Notes under the pieces: model-generated | Database searches by the model: none | What the model saw: the letters and a program-made list of their open reading frames with translations, nothing else | Told to the model about the DNA's origin: nothing | Program-made: the position numbers and the translations under genes | Part shown: in pieces, positions 19,803 to 30,416 of the stretch | Layout of the letters: each line of letters starts with the position of its first letter | Position numbering within the stretch: the first letter of the stretch is position 1 | From: Nitrospirota bacterium | GTDB taxonomy: Bacteria > Nitrospirota > Nitrospiria > Nitrospirales > NS-4 | Assembly (NCBI GenBank): GCA_963788195.1 | Contig: CAWBGA010000002.1 | Location: 64,001-128,000 of the forward strand | Direction: 5' to 3' | DNA length: 64,000 bases

Positions 19803-20759
19803 CTACCTTGATCGGTAGTATCGGCGCCCGGGTGTCTGGCGTATTGCGTCTTTAAGTTCCAATGCGAGCAGGGCGCACGCCACCGTGGATGCGGTCAAGG
19901 CAGATTGGTCTGTGACCTCATCGATGCTCCGCGGTTCTCGAGTAACCGCCGCGTACACTCTCTGCTCGTCTGATGAGAGAACAGTCTCCGTGCGGCCTCT
20001 CCCCGGTGGATGCGTTGCGAGGCGCACAGTGCTCGGCGCCCCGGGTCGAACAAACGCTTGCGCGCCGCCGTTTGAGCTGCTGCCTGCAGCAGATTTGTCG
20101 TCTGTCTGCCGCTGAATCTGCGGCACCAATTCCTCAAGAATGTCGTCAACCGTTTCGGTTAATTTCGCGCCTTGCTTAAGCAAGGCATGGGTGCCCCGGC
20201 TGGTAGGTGTATCGATAGGTCCCGGCACGGCGAACACCTCTCGGCCTTGTTCGGCCGCCAGTTTGGCGGTGATCAGCGAGCCACTGCCTTCGGCGGCTTC
20301 CACTACCACAACGCCGAGCGAGAGACCGCTTAAAATGCGGTTGCGCCGCGGAAAATGAGCGGCGAGCGGAGGTGATCCAAGCGGTAATTCCGTGAGCACG
20401 GCTCCAGCCGCGGCGACTTGGGCCCGAAGATCCGTGTGGTCCGAAGGATAAGCGATGTCCAAGCCGCATCCCAGCACGGCGAGGGTTCGTCCGCCGGCGG
20501 CCAGCGCTCCCTCATGGGCCACCCGATCGATCCCCCGGGCCATGCCGCTGACGATCGTGAACCCCAAAAGGCTCAGTTCCTCAGCGAGCGTTCGAGCGAC
20601 CCGTATGCCGTAAGGTGTGGCGTGGCGGGAGCCTACAATGGCGACCGCCAGTGTGTCGGTCGACTCCAGCTCGCCGTCGACATAGAGGACTGTCGGAGGA
20701 TCAGGGATATTGCGTAGCGGCTGGGGGTATCGAACATCGGAGATTTCAATCGTCTTCAT
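19803..20759 (-). CDS. dprA: DNA-processing protein DprA
   Basis: YPQPLRNIPDPP, AIVGSR, VSGMARGID, FPRRNRILSGLS, SGSLITA; start placed at ATG 20759. Confidence 0.93.
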   Translation of the reverse strand: MKTIEISDVRYPQPLRNIPDPPTVLYVDGELESTDTLAVAIVGSRHATPYGIRVARTLAEELSLLGFTIVSGMARGIDRVAHEGALAAGGRTLAVLGCGLDIAYPSDHTDLRAQVAAAGAVLTELPLGSPPLAAHFPRRNRILSGLSLGVVVVEAAEGSGSLITAKLAAEQGREVFAVPGPIDTPTSRGTHALLKQGAKLTETVDDILEELVPQIQRQTDDKSAAGSSSNGGAQAFVRPGAPSTVRLATHPPGRGRTETVLSSDEQRVYAAVTREPRSIDEVTDQSALTASTVACALLALELKDAIRQTPGRRYYRSR

Positions 20760-20819
20760 CCAACAAGCTCTTTCTGCCGCGGCGGCCTTCTTCCCCGGAT
20801 TTAAGCGACGCGGGGTCAC

Positions 20820-20917
20820 TGCACCCACCCAGCCCCGGATGCGCCATTGCACCCACCCGCCCTGGAATCTGCCAAGACAGATTCCTTCGCCCCTGACGCG
20901 CTCGTTTTCCCGTGGCC
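20820..20917. repeat. Family A palindromic repeat (reverse orientation)
   Basis: CCATTGCACCCACCCGCCCT + GGAATCTGCCAAGACAGATTCC (20864-20885). Confidence 0.8.
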
Positions 20918-21088
20918 TGAGCGGTGAACTCGCTCGGTGTCGTTACGGACCTGCTCTTAAACCGGGATGAGAAGATCCTGCGCGGCTATCCCTTCACGAT
21001 AGCCAAGGGGCGGCGTTCAGTCAAGTTCTCGCGGCTGCGCTCAGACGCCAGTACGAGAACACCTCTGCGAGGCATGCCATTACCCTTC

Positions 21089-22606
21089 TTACAACATCAC
21101 GATATCATACTGCTCAATGTGCAGCGTGGCGTCCGGTTTGATGACCATCTTAACGCGGTACTCCCGCTCGAGCTCTGCGACAGCATGCGATTCTTCATCC
21201 GCGAGCACGGCTGCTACACTGGGGTGGGCTCCTATCATCAGCATGGTTTCATGGTCTGAAGGCCCCACGCGCCTGATATCGCGAAACAACTCGTAGCAAA
21301 TGGTCACAGGATCTTTGGTGTATGCCCGTCCCTCGCAATAGTGGCACGGCTCCGAAAGCGCTCGGTACAGATCCTCGCGGACGCGCTCGCGGGACATCTC
21401 CACCAAACCCAGATCCGAGACCCGAAGGATGCGCGTACGCGCCTTGTCATGCGTTAAGGCGTCATTTAATGCCTGAAAAACCTTGTCGCGATTTCGCTCG
21501 CGTTCCATGTCGATAAAATCGATGATGATGATCCCTCCGATGCTTCGGAGCTTGAGCTGGTAGGCAATTTCCTTGACCGCCTCCAGATTCGTTCGCACGA
21601 TCGTGTCTTCCAGATCGCGTTTCCCCACGAACCGCCCGGTATTGACGTCAATCACAGTCATGGCCTCGGCATGGTCGATCACGATATGACCGCCGGATTT
21701 CAACCAGACTTTGCGGGCCATGGCTTTGGAAATCTCCGACTCCAGGTCAAAATGGTCGAAGATCGGCTCGTCTTTGGTATACAGGTGGATGCGGCTCAGA
21801 AGTTCAGGGAGATAGCGTCCGACGAATTCTCGAATCGCTTCGTAGTCAGCCTTGGAATCAATCCACAGCTGCTGCACGTCCTTCGTAAAGTGGTCGCGAA
21901 CCGTGCGAAAGACAAGATCCAGGTCACTGTGTAGCAGGGCAGGCGCCTTGAGTCGTTGTTTCTTCTCGAGAATTTCTTCCCACGATGCTTGAAGAAACTC
22001 CACATCGGAGCGCAGTTCATCGTCCGACACGCCTTCGCTCACGGTGCGAACGATGTAGCCCTGCCCCGGCTTGCGCAGCTTTTGCATCAACTGTCGGAGC
22101 CGTGACCGCTCTTCAGCATTCTCGATGCGTCGGGAAATCCCGATATGGTCGACGCTCGGCATGAAGACCAGATAGCGGCCGGGCAGTGAGATGTATGCTG
22201 TCACCCTCGAACCTTTTGTTCCGATGGGGCCCTTCGTCACTTGCACCATCAGCTCTTGACCTTCTTCCAACAACTCTTCGATGGGTTGTGAATGGCTCCG
22301 CTTGGTCTTGGGAATCTCCGGACCTTTGTCCTCTAGTTCAACGAGGGGATCATCAAAATCCAATTTCTGCGGCTCACCGAGGAGTTCCGAGACATGCATG
22401 AAAGCCGCCTTATCCTGCCCAATGTCGACAAAGGCTGCCTGCAGCCCCGGCAGGACTTTCACGATCTTACCTTTATAAACGTTTCCGACAAAGTCGCGTT
22501 GTTTGACCCGGTCAATGTACAGGTCGGTCAGGATCTTCCGGTCGAGTACCGCCACGCGAGTCTCTTCCGGCGCGACGTTGATCATGATCTCGGTGGCCAT
22601 GCCCAC
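21089..22606 (-). CDS. rng: Ribonuclease G/E family
   Basis: GNVYKGKIVKVLPGLQAAFVDIG S1 domain, VIDVNTG, GGIIIIDFIDM. Confidence 0.93.
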   Translation of the reverse strand: MGMATEIMINVAPEETRVAVLDRKILTDLYIDRVKQRDFVGNVYKGKIVKVLPGLQAAFVDIGQDKAAFMHVSELLGEPQKLDFDDPLVELEDKGPEIPKTKRSHSQPIEELLEEGQELMVQVTKGPIGTKGSRVTAYISLPGRYLVFMPSVDHIGISRRIENAEERSRLRQLMQKLRKPGQGYIVRTVSEGVSDDELRSDVEFLQASWEEILEKKQRLKAPALLHSDLDLVFRTVRDHFTKDVQQLWIDSKADYEAIREFVGRYLPELLSRIHLYTKDEPIFDHFDLESEISKAMARKVWLKSGGHIVIDHAEAMTVIDVNTGRFVGKRDLEDTIVRTNLEAVKEIAYQLKLRSIGGIIIIDFIDMERERNRDKVFQALNDALTHDKARTRILRVSDLGLVEMSRERVREDLYRALSEPCHYCEGRAYTKDPVTICYELFRDIRRVGPSDHETMLMIGAHPSVAAVLADEESHAVAELEREYRVKMVIKPDATLHIEQYDIVML

Positions 22607-22767
22607 TCCTTGGCAAACCGTGAATCCCAGCAGGGTCTCTCATGGCGAACCCTTGCTGTTAGACCCGATTTGCCCACAAAAGGTTAAAGGTCTTCGCCAC
22701 CGTCTCTCCCGATGACCCGTGGCATCTAAGGCAGCGGGCGCATAGGCAGACATGGTGCGGGCGAACG

Positions 22768-23881
22768 TCAATAGAACAAGGTCAAGCGTCGTCGTTTCAC
22801 ATTCAATAACAACCCTAGGGCCATCATAGTGGTGACGGTCGTCGTTCCCCCGTAGCTCATCAGCGGAAGCGGAATCCCTACGATCGGAAAAACTCCCATG
22901 GTCATGCCGATATTCACGACCAGGCAGAAACCCAGCATCGCGAGAATCCCGGCCGCGAGCAGCAGCCCGAACTCATCTTTCGCCTTGAAGGCGATTTCAG
23001 CGATCAGGAAGATCAACAGGGCGAACAGCACAAACAGGACCAGCACCCCGACAAATCCCCAGTGCTCAGCAAACACCGCAAAGATAAAATCTGTATGGCC
23101 CTCCGGCAGAAACTTGAGCCGGCTCTGGGTCGCTTCGTCCAGTCCTTTGCCCCAGACTCCGCCGGAGCCAATCGCGATCTGCGACTGCAATGTATGATAC
23201 CCCTTGCCGGCCGGATCGATGGTGGGATCCCAAAACGTCATGATCCGCGCGCGCTGATAATCATGCAGGGAGGTCCAGAAGAGTTCCCAAATGAATGGAA
23301 ACAGCATGGACGTGAACAGCAGGCCCAGGCCAAAGGTCCGGGCATGCAGACCGCCGATCAACACCATCGCAGAGATAGATAAACATAAAGCTCATGGCCG
23401 TTCCGAGGTCGGGCTGTTTCAGGATCAGGAGGAGACCGGGCAGGGTGATTAAGCCGGGGATCACGACTAGTTGAAGCCAGCCCGTGCGCTGCACCTCCGC
23501 GAAATATTTCGCCAGCACCACCACGAGCACCAATTTGGCGAGTTCCGACGGCTGGAAGGCAAACGGGCCCAAGGCGAACCAGCGTTGCGCGCCGCGGCTT
23601 GACCGCCCTCCAATCAGGACGGCGACCAGCACCAGCAGGGTGATGCCATAAATCACATAAGCGAAGCGGCCAAGGCGATGATAGTCGACTGCCATGGCCG
23701 CCAGAAACGCGAAGAACCCGACGCCGATCCAGATGATCTGTTTAGTATAGAACGGGATACGGTCGGCCTGATCGAGATCAGATGTGACGCTATAGATTGA
23801 GAGTACCCCGAGCGCCAGGATACTCAAGGCCACCAGCGCGAAGCGCAACTCGAAGTTATCCGGCAGACGGCTTTCGATCAT
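22768..23881 (-). CDS. rodA: Rod shape-determining protein RodA (one frameshift near 23370)
   Basis: GAQRWF, QPSELAK, KQPDLGTA; QSQIAIGSGG, PEGHTDFIF, PLMSYGG. Confidence 0.94.
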
Positions 23882-25694
23882 GCGGTTCCATGTCCTTAAA
23901 ATACTCTTCGATCAGGGCCTTCGCGATAGGGGCCGCGAACGTTCCACCATGGCCGACATTCTCTACGATCACGGCCAAGGCGATTTTGGGATTGTCAGCG
24001 GGCGCATACGCGACGAACCAGGCGTGATCGCGAAACTGCTTGGGCACGTCCTCGCCTTCGCTTTTCTGCAGGCGGGCGCTCACGCTCTGAGCCGTGCCGG
24101 TCTTCCCGGCGATGTCCACGATTTTGGATTGCGCGCGTTTACCCGTCCCCTCCGTCACCACGCCCTTCAAGGCTTGATGCAGAACTGCGAAGGATTCGCT
24201 ATCCATCGAGACAATGGACTTTTCAGTCGGCAGAATGTCCCGGGATTGGCCCGTCGATCGCTCGCGAATCGAGCGCACCAGTCGCGGCTTGTACAGGACG
24301 CCGCCGTTTGCGACTGCGGCCATCGCGGAAGCCATTTGCAAGGGCGTGACACTCACATAGCCCTGTCCAATAGCAGCGGAAATCGTCTCGCCAGGGTACC
24401 AGGGCTCTTTTCTGGTCCGCTGTTTCCATTCCGTTGACGGGACAATCCCTGCCCGCTCGCCGTTCAATTCAATCCCGGTCGGCGCGCCTAGCCCGTATTG
24501 ACGAGCGGCTTGCGCAATCGCATCAATTCCCAAGCGATTTCCCAGCATATAAAAATATACGTCGCAGGAATTCACGATGCCGTGATACATGTCCACAACC
24601 CCGTGGCCACCTTTTTTCCAATCGCCAAATACATGGTTGCCGAACGGGAAACTCCCGGTGCAGTGAATCTTCGTGTCGGGGGTCCATTTCGATGATTCCA
24701 ACGCTGCGGAGGCCACCATGATCTTGAAGATAGATCCGGGAGGATAGAGGCCTTGAATCGCGCGGTTGTTCAGTGGATGGCGGGCATCCTTGGAAATCTG
24801 ATCCCACACGGCTCCCGACAGACCGTGAGAGAGAGTATTGGGGTCGTACCCAGGTCGGCTCGCCAGCACGAGCACATCCCCGTTCGCGGGATCGATCGCC
24901 ACGACTGCCCCTGACTCCTGCGCGAGAAGGGATTCCGCCAGACGCTGCAGAGTGAAATCGATACTCAAGTACAAGTCGTCTCCCGCGGTCTGTTCGACGA
25001 CCGCGAGAGTTTTTCGCTCCGCGCCCCGGGCGTCTACCTCGACGGTTTTCTGGCCGGACTTTCCGCGGATGATCTGATCAAAGCTCTTTTCGACGCCGGA
25101 TTTTCCAACAATGCTCCCGGTCGGCGAATCGGTGAACGCCGGCTCGTCCTGTTGCTCGGGGGAGACCTCCCCCACGTATCCCAGAAGATGGCTCGCCAGC
25201 AGCCCGTGAAGATAGTTGCGTTGCGACTCGGCCTGAATACGCAGCCCGCCCAGATCCAAGCGATGGCCTTCAATGATGGCGGCCTCGCGCAGTGTAAGGC
25301 CGCTCTTGAGCAGAATCGGAATGTAAGAGCGCGACTGCCGCCCAAAGCGTTTTTTCGTTTCGGCCTGAGGGAGCCCGATCAGCTGCTCAAGAGCGGCCGC
25401 AAGTCCATCCCGATCCTTCGTATCCTCCGGAGTCGCGTAGAGGTTAAAGCTCGGAATGTTGTTCGCGAGAAGCTCGCCGCGGCGATCGAAGATCAGCCCT
25501 CGAGCAGAGCGGATCGGCACGATGCGCACCCGATTCTGCTCTGATAGGTCACTGTAATACCCTCCCTTGATCACCTGAAGGTACCAGATGCGCGAGAACA
25601 GGAGAAACAGGCCGATGAGGAGCGCGAGCCGTAAAAACAACAGCCGACGCTGCAGATGCCGAAAGTCTTCATGCTGGGTGAGGGCGTTACTCAT
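23856..25694 (-). CDS. mrdA: Penicillin-binding protein 2
   Basis: RGLIFDR, YPPGSIFK (SxxK), SCD, KTGT; start placed at ATG 25694. Confidence 0.95.
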   Translation of the reverse strand: MSNALTQHEDFRHLQRRLLFLRLALLIGLFLLFSRIWYLQVIKGGYYSDLSEQNRVRIVPIRSARGLIFDRRGELLANNIPSFNLYATPEDTKDRDGLAAALEQLIGLPQAETKKRFGRQSRSYIPILLKSGLTLREAAIIEGHRLDLGGLRIQAESQRNYLHGLLASHLLGYVGEVSPEQQDEPAFTDSPTGSIVGKSGVEKSFDQIIRGKSGQKTVEVDARGAERKTLAVVEQTAGDDLYLSIDFTLQRLAESLLAQESGAVVAIDPANGDVLVLASRPGYDPNTLSHGLSGAVWDQISKDARHPLNNRAIQGLYPPGSIFKIMVASAALESSKWTPDTKIHCTGSFPFGNHVFGDWKKGGHGVVDMYHGIVNSCDVYFYMLGNRLGIDAIAQAARQYGLGAPTGIELNGERAGIVPSTEWKQRTRKEPWYPGETISAAIGQGYVSVTPLQMASAMAAVANGGVLYKPRLVRSIRERSTGQSRDILPTEKSIVSMDSESFAVLHQALKGVVTEGTGKRAQSKIVDIAGKTGTAQSVSARLQKSEGEDVPKQFRDHAWFVAYAPADNPKIALAVIVENVGHGGTFAAPIAKALIEEYFKDMEPHDRKPSAG

Positions 25695-26193
25695 AGCTGC
25701 TGGTAGGAAGGTGATGGCGCGTGGGCGCTGCGAATTGTATGAGCTTGAGGATGGCGACGCCAAGAACCGCATCGAAACACGCCTGCGGCAGCAGAATTCC
25801 TTGAGCCGCCGCAAAGAAGTCGACCCCCGGGCTTTGAAAGGACTTCAAAAAAAAGATGACCGTTCCGGAAAAAATCGAGAGGGCCAGCAGGAGGGCTAAA
25901 GAGAAGCCTAGCGTCAGGTTGATCACGTTGTGACTCGCGAGGCTGGCCATAAGGCCGAGCAATGGCTTCAGCCAGATATTGGTCCAATGCGCGTTCCCTG
26001 AAAAGAGGTCCTGTGTGAACCCCAAAGCGATACCGATGACAATGGCGTCCAGCTCGCCGGCCTGCAGCCCGATCAGGCATACCGCGATCAGAACAAGGTC
26101 GGGATGGACTCCGAAGATCGTCACCTGGTTAAAGAGGACCGCCTGAAAAGGCACAAGCAGGACAATGAGTGCGGCGTAAATGAGGTACTTCAT
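25687..26193 (-). CDS. mreD: Rod shape-determining protein MreD
   Basis: Hydrophobic; HPDLVLI and GFTQDLFSG; lies between mreC and mrdA. Confidence 0.88.
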   Translation of the reverse strand: MKYLIYAALIVLLVPFQAVLFNQVTIFGVHPDLVLIAVCLIGLQAGELDAIVIGIALGFTQDLFSGNAHWTNIWLKPLLGLMASLASHNVINLTLGFSLALLLALSIFSGTVIFFLKSFQSPGVDFFAAAQGILLPQACFDAVLGVAILKLIQFAAPTRHHLPTSSYE

Positions 26194-27089
26194 CGAAGGT
26201 CTTCCGGGCGTTTTGCCGATGGCAGGCCACGGCCGGGTACCGGAACAAGGGAGGGGAGGTTCGTGGTCTCCCGAGGGCTAGTGATGACCAGGACTTCTTC
26301 CAAGCGTCCGAAATCGGTCTCCGGCTGGATCTCGGCCGAGAGGAACAGCTCAGCTTCCCGGCGCTCGATGCGGGTAATCCGACCGATCGGAAGTCCGCGG
26401 GGAAAACCTCCGGCCATACCGGATGTAATGACAATATCCCCCACTTTAACGTTTGAGAGGAGCGGAAGGTATTTGATCCAGGCCAACCCTTTCTCTGTGC
26501 CTTCCACGATTCCTTCATCTCGCGTCCGCTGGACGAGACCCGTGACTGCGTTGTTCCGGTCGATGAGAAGCAGAACCACCGCCAGCTGGCGCTGGACCTT
26601 CACAACCCGGCCTACCGCTCCTGTCGGCGTCATGACACCCATGTCCACGGTGATCCCATCGTCCTGGCCCTTATTGATCACGATGCTGCGATACCAATTT
26701 GTGGGATCTCTGGCGATGACTCGCGCGGCCAGCGTCGAATAGGGAAGCTCTTCCTTCAGATTGAGCAGCTCGCGCAACCGGTCGCTCGCCGCCGCTCTCT
26801 CTCGCAGCCGCGAGGCTTCCTCCTGGAGCGAGGCGATTTCTCGGCGGAGGTTAAGATTTTCTTCTCCGACGTAACGTAGCGCGACGTACCGACTCCAGAC
26901 CGAATCGATCCCCTGATTCACCGAATCAAGAGCGCGCAAGGGGTGGCTCGCCATGGTGACAAGTCCCCGGCCGATCGTTTGCAGGGGGCCATCACTCGCT
27001 TCGGGAAGGATGAGAAGAGCGGCAGCAAGAACGGCGAGAAGAAGGACAAAGGCCCGCTTGGCGCCTACCATAGATTGTAAGGAGATCAT
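26190..27089 (-). CDS. mreC: Rod shape-determining protein MreC
   Basis: Coiled coil EENLNLR, INKGQDDG, VGRV, ITSGMAGGFPRGLPIG. Confidence 0.93.
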   Translation of the reverse strand: MISLQSMVGAKRAFVLLLAVLAAALLILPEASDGPLQTIGRGLVTMASHPLRALDSVNQGIDSVWSRYVALRYVGEENLNLRREIASLQEEASRLRERAAASDRLRELLNLKEELPYSTLAARVIARDPTNWYRSIVINKGQDDGITVDMGVMTPTGAVGRVVKVQRQLAVVLLLIDRNNAVTGLVQRTRDEGIVEGTEKGLAWIKYLPLLSNVKVGDIVITSGMAGGFPRGLPIGRITRIERREAELFLSAEIQPETDFGRLEEVLVITSPRETTNLPSLVPVPGRGLPSAKRPEDLR

Positions 27090-27106
27090 ACCCAGCTTCG
27101 GATCGG

Positions 27107-28156
27107 CTACCTCGATCCGCTGTACTGCGACATCACGCTGACCTTTCGCAACAGGTCCAGTTCGTCGAGGATCTTTCCGACGCCCAGCACGACCGACGTG
27201 AGCGGATCGTCCACCGTGATGATCGGAAGGCCGGTCTCTTCCCGCAGGCGAATGTCCATCCCGCGAAGTAATGATCCCCCTCCGGTCAAGACCATGCCGC
27301 AGTCGATGATGTCGCCGGCGAGTTCGGGTGGTGTATTCTCAAGCGCCACCTTGATGGCATTGATGATCGTACTGATCGGCTCAACCAAGGCCTCTCGGAT
27401 CTCGGCGTCATTGAGCAGCAGGGTGCGTGGTATACCGGAGATCAGATCACGACCCTTGACCAGCAGCTCTTTTTTCTCCTCAAACGGGTAAGCGGAGCCG
27501 ATTTCGACTTTGATCCGCTCCGCCATGTGATCTCCGATCAACAGATTATATTTCTTCTTGACGTAGTTCATGATCGCGTCGTCCATGCGATCGCCGGCGA
27601 CTTTTACCGATTCACTGTAGACGATGCCGCCGAGCGACAGTACCGCAATATCCGTGGTCCCGCCGCCGATATCCACGACCATGTTGCCGGAGGGCTCGGT
27701 AATCGGCAGGCCTGCGCCGATGGCGGCCGCGACCGGTTCTTCAATCAGATATACTTCCCGGGCGCCGGCAAGTTCGGCCGAATCACGGACCGCGCGTTGC
27801 TCGACTTGTGTGATGCGCGAGGGCACTCCGATGATGATGCGCGGCCGGACAAAGGTGCTGCGGTTGTGGGCTTTTGTAATGAAGTGCCGCAGCATTTTCT
27901 CGGCCATCTCGAAATCCGCGATCACTCCTTCTTTCATGGGGCGGATAGCGACGATGTTTCCGGGGGTGCGGCCGAGCATCTTCTTCGCCTCGATCCCGAC
28001 GGCCAATAGATTTTCAGTCTTCTTTTCGATGGCGACGACTGAAGGCTCGTTGAGCACGATACCCCTTCCTCTTACATACACCAGGGTGGTCGCAGTCCCC
28101 AGGTCGATGGCCAAGTCATTAGAGAACCATCCGAGGATACCAGCCATAACGCCCAC
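27107..28156 (-). CDS. mreB: Rod shape-determining protein MreB
   Basis: [31 protein letters not shown]. Confidence 0.97.
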   Translation of the reverse strand: MGVMAGILGWFSNDLAIDLGTATTLVYVRGRGIVLNEPSVVAIEKKTENLLAVGIEAKKMLGRTPGNIVAIRPMKEGVIADFEMAEKMLRHFITKAHNRSTFVRPRIIIGVPSRITQVEQRAVRDSAELAGAREVYLIEEPVAAAIGAGLPITEPSGNMVVDIGGGTTDIAVLSLGGIVYSESVKVAGDRMDDAIMNYVKKKYNLLIGDHMAERIKVEIGSAYPFEEKKELLVKGRDLISGIPRTLLLNDAEIREALVEPISTIINAIKVALENTPPELAGDIIDCGMVLTGGGSLLRGMDIRLREETGLPIITVDDPLTSVVLGVGKILDELDLLRKVSVMSQYSGSR

Positions 28157-28168
28157 GCGCGTTTCTCC

Positions 28169-28645
28169 TTATACTTGAGAGTCCATGTCGAAAATGTTTT
28201 CGTTTATGACCTGTGTATGGGCAAGTTCATCGCCGATTCTGAGCCCGCGATCATTGCCGATAATTAGTAACGATTCTATACTGAAAATCACTGCCGTTCC
28301 CAACCAGCCGACATAGGGAATTTGCCAGGAAAGGTAGCCGATGGCCATCGGCATGTTCCGGATGATTGAGTCCTTGAAGCCTGCACTTGCCCGCAATTCA
28401 GACACCCAAGTCTGTACCCCGATCAGACGTTTTCCAATACTTTGACCCGAGAAGCCGTCCGCGACGAGCAGGTACCAGAGGCCCGCCCAGAATCCGTAGG
28501 GCGGGGCAACCTCCCCGAGGCCAAGCACGATCAGAAAATCCAGAATCTTAGCGATGAACCGATTCAGGACGGTTGCTTTATGATAGCGGAGGACATCTTT
28601 TCGCTGGCCTTGCTCGACAAAGGCGCCCGTTTCAGGCAACGTCAT
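28169..28645 (-). CDS. RDD-family membrane protein
   Basis: RFIAKILD, GQSIGKRLIG, RIGDELAHTQV. Confidence 0.85.
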   Translation of the reverse strand: MTLPETGAFVEQGQRKDVLRYHKATVLNRFIAKILDFLIVLGLGEVAPPYGFWAGLWYLLVADGFSGQSIGKRLIGVQTWVSELRASAGFKDSIIRNMPMAIGYLSWQIPYVGWLGTAVIFSIESLLIIGNDRGLRIGDELAHTQVINENIFDMDSQV

Positions 28646-28708
28646 GCTCCGGCTATTCTGTAGCGATTGTAGCAAAAAAGTTCAGGGAAGACAAACGATT
28701 ACGACACA

Positions 28709-28737
28709 TTGCATTTCCGGCCGGCCATTTCTATAAT
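28709..28737 (+). promoter_or_regulatory. sigma70 promoter
   Basis: TTGCAT-N17-TATAAT, ending 8 nt before ATG 28746. Confidence 0.7.
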
Positions 28738-28745
28738 GAGAGGTC

Positions 28746-29450
28746 ATGCTGAAAATACTTAGAGAGAGCGCAATAGAACGCCCCTGGTTGATCCGGATCA
28801 TCATAGGTCTCATCGCCGGCGTATTTGTTGTGACCATGGGCTGGTGGGGATTTGAGCAAAATGTGGAAGAAAATATCATTACTGTAGACAATGACAAGGT
28901 TCCCCGTGAGGAATATCAGCGTAAGTACCAAGACATGCACAGCCAGTATAAGGACTTCATTCCCAAGGAACTCTCAGAGGATCAGCTTAAGCAGATGGTG
29001 GTGGAGCAATTAATCGCGAGCCGTCTCTGGACACAAGCCGCCAAGAACATGGGGATCGTCGTCACCACTACGGAGCTTCGCAACGCCATCGCAGCTATTC
29101 CTGAATTTCAGAAGAATGGCGGCTTTGACCCTGCCCACTATAAGAAGATGCTTTCATCGGTACGCTGGACGCCTGCGATGTTTGAACGGGCCTTTCGAGC
29201 TGATCTGATGCGTGAAAAGGCCCGCACTATGGTGAGAGAATCCGTGGCAGCCACCGCCGATGAACTGGCCGGTGCGCAGGCTGCTCTCGCGAGTCAATTA
29301 ATTCCCAGCATGCCGATGGAGCAGATCGGCTCCCCGCAGGAACGCGCGCTCAGGGTTGTCCTGTTTCAAAAACAGCAACAGGCTGTCCGCGCCTATCAAG
29401 AGGCGCTCAAGAGCCGTGCCCAAGTTTCTGTCCGTCGCGAACTGCTGTAA
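28746..29450 (+). CDS. SurA N-terminal domain (PpiD-like) periplasmic chaperone
   Basis: MLKILRE + TM anchor; IPEFQKNGGFDPAHY; no PPIase domain seen. Confidence 0.8.
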   Translation: MLKILRESAIERPWLIRIIIGLIAGVFVVTMGWWGFEQNVEENIITVDNDKVPREEYQRKYQDMHSQYKDFIPKELSEDQLKQMVVEQLIASRLWTQAAKNMGIVVTTTELRNAIAAIPEFQKNGGFDPAHYKKMLSSVRWTPAMFERAFRADLMREKARTMVRESVAATADELAGAQAALASQLIPSMPMEQIGSPQERALRVVLFQKQQQAVRAYQEALKSRAQVSVRRELL

Positions 29451-29492
29451 CAATAAGCGCCACGAAGGCCGGCCCGCTCTTTCGAATCTATC

Positions 29493-29520
29493 TCAACTTT
29501 TGGCCGGGGAAAGCCGATAG
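29493..29520 (+). promoter_or_regulatory. Possible sigma28 (FliA) promoter
   Basis: TCAA-N16-GCCGATAG, ending 6 nt before ATG 29527. Confidence 0.5.
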
Positions 29521-29526
29521 GCCACT

Positions 29527-29829
29527 ATGGCAGTGAAAGGTGGACAGGATACCGCGCAATCGCGCAATTTGGTCCTCATGGCGAAGGACGTCATGGAGGG
29601 CTACCTCACAATGAATCCCTTGATTCTAAAGAAATACGACGCCAACACGTGCAAGGAACTGCATCGCCAACTGCGAAAGATGCAGAACACCGTTCGCACC
29701 GACAAGTGTGGATCTCGCCAATCAGGAACTCCTCCGAACGCGCAACCATCGGCTTCAGCGCATGCTTCAGGCGCTCAAGGTGCTGGAGCACTATGCCAAG
29801 ATCGAACGGGATCGTCTTGGGCTGATAGT
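29527..29829 (+). CDS. Hypothetical helical protein (frameshift near 29700)
   Basis: MAVKGG...MAKDVMEGYLTMNP...RKMQNTVR joins DLANQELLRTRNHRLQRMLQAL... Confidence 0.6.
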
Positions 29830-29846
29830 ACACCGGCCGTCCTGGA

Positions 29847-29934
29847 CAAAAGGGGACAGGCTACTTTTTCAATCTGTTTATGCCTCAGCCCAAACACTCA
29901 CTCCGTTCGGAAAAAGTTGCCTGTCACCCCTTTG
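29847..29934. repeat. REP-like inverted doublet
   Basis: CAAAAGGGGACAGGCTACTTTTTC ... GAAAAAGTTGCCTGTCACCCCTTTG. Confidence 0.75.
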
Positions 29935-29939
29935 TATGC

Positions 29940-30012
29940 CTGCCTAGACAGATTCTCTTTTTCCTTTACACCCGCCCGCCCTGGACTTTGCCAAGACAAA
30001 GTCCTTGGCCCC
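29940..30012. repeat. Family A palindromic repeat (reverse orientation)
   Basis: TTACACCCGCCCGCCCT + GGACTTTGCCAAGACAAAGTCC (29983-30004). Confidence 0.8.
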
Positions 30013-30416
30013 TAGGCATTTCCAATTGGTCCGGCTGGTTCACCCGGCGGGGGTTCGGCCTTGCGGGCATTTCTCATACCCAAATCCGTAAATTCCTTCT
30101 CGTCAGCAGTGGTGAGGGAGTGGCTACAGCACTCCACACGTTCTAGTCCTCGCCCGCCGTCCACGATCATCAGACGCAGCCCGCAGGAATCGCCATAGCT
30201 TTTCTTTTCGTCAATGACGATTCCAACGCCTTTCTGGCCCATCTTCCGGCCTCCCTTCTTGATTCGCTCGGGGACCACATCATCCTCGGTGAGTTCATGC
30301 CCGCAACATACCACTTTTTGGAACCCTGCACCGCCAGCCAGAACTTTCACCACCAATCCGCAGCTCTCCGGATATCGTTTGTACTCGTCGATAATGTCGC
30401 CCTTTTTAAGTCCCAT
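30012..30416 (-). CDS. Tandem desulforedoxin-like Cys-rich protein
   Basis: Two repeats: SCGLVVKVLAGGAGFQKVVCCGHEL and SCGLRLMIVDGGRGLERVECCSHSL. Confidence 0.72.
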   Translation of the reverse strand: MGLKKGDIIDEYKRYPESCGLVVKVLAGGAGFQKVVCCGHELTEDDVVPERIKKGGRKMGQKGVGIVIDEKKSYGDSCGLRLMIVDGGRGLERVECCSHSLTTADEKEFTDLGMRNARKAEPPPGEPAGPIGNA

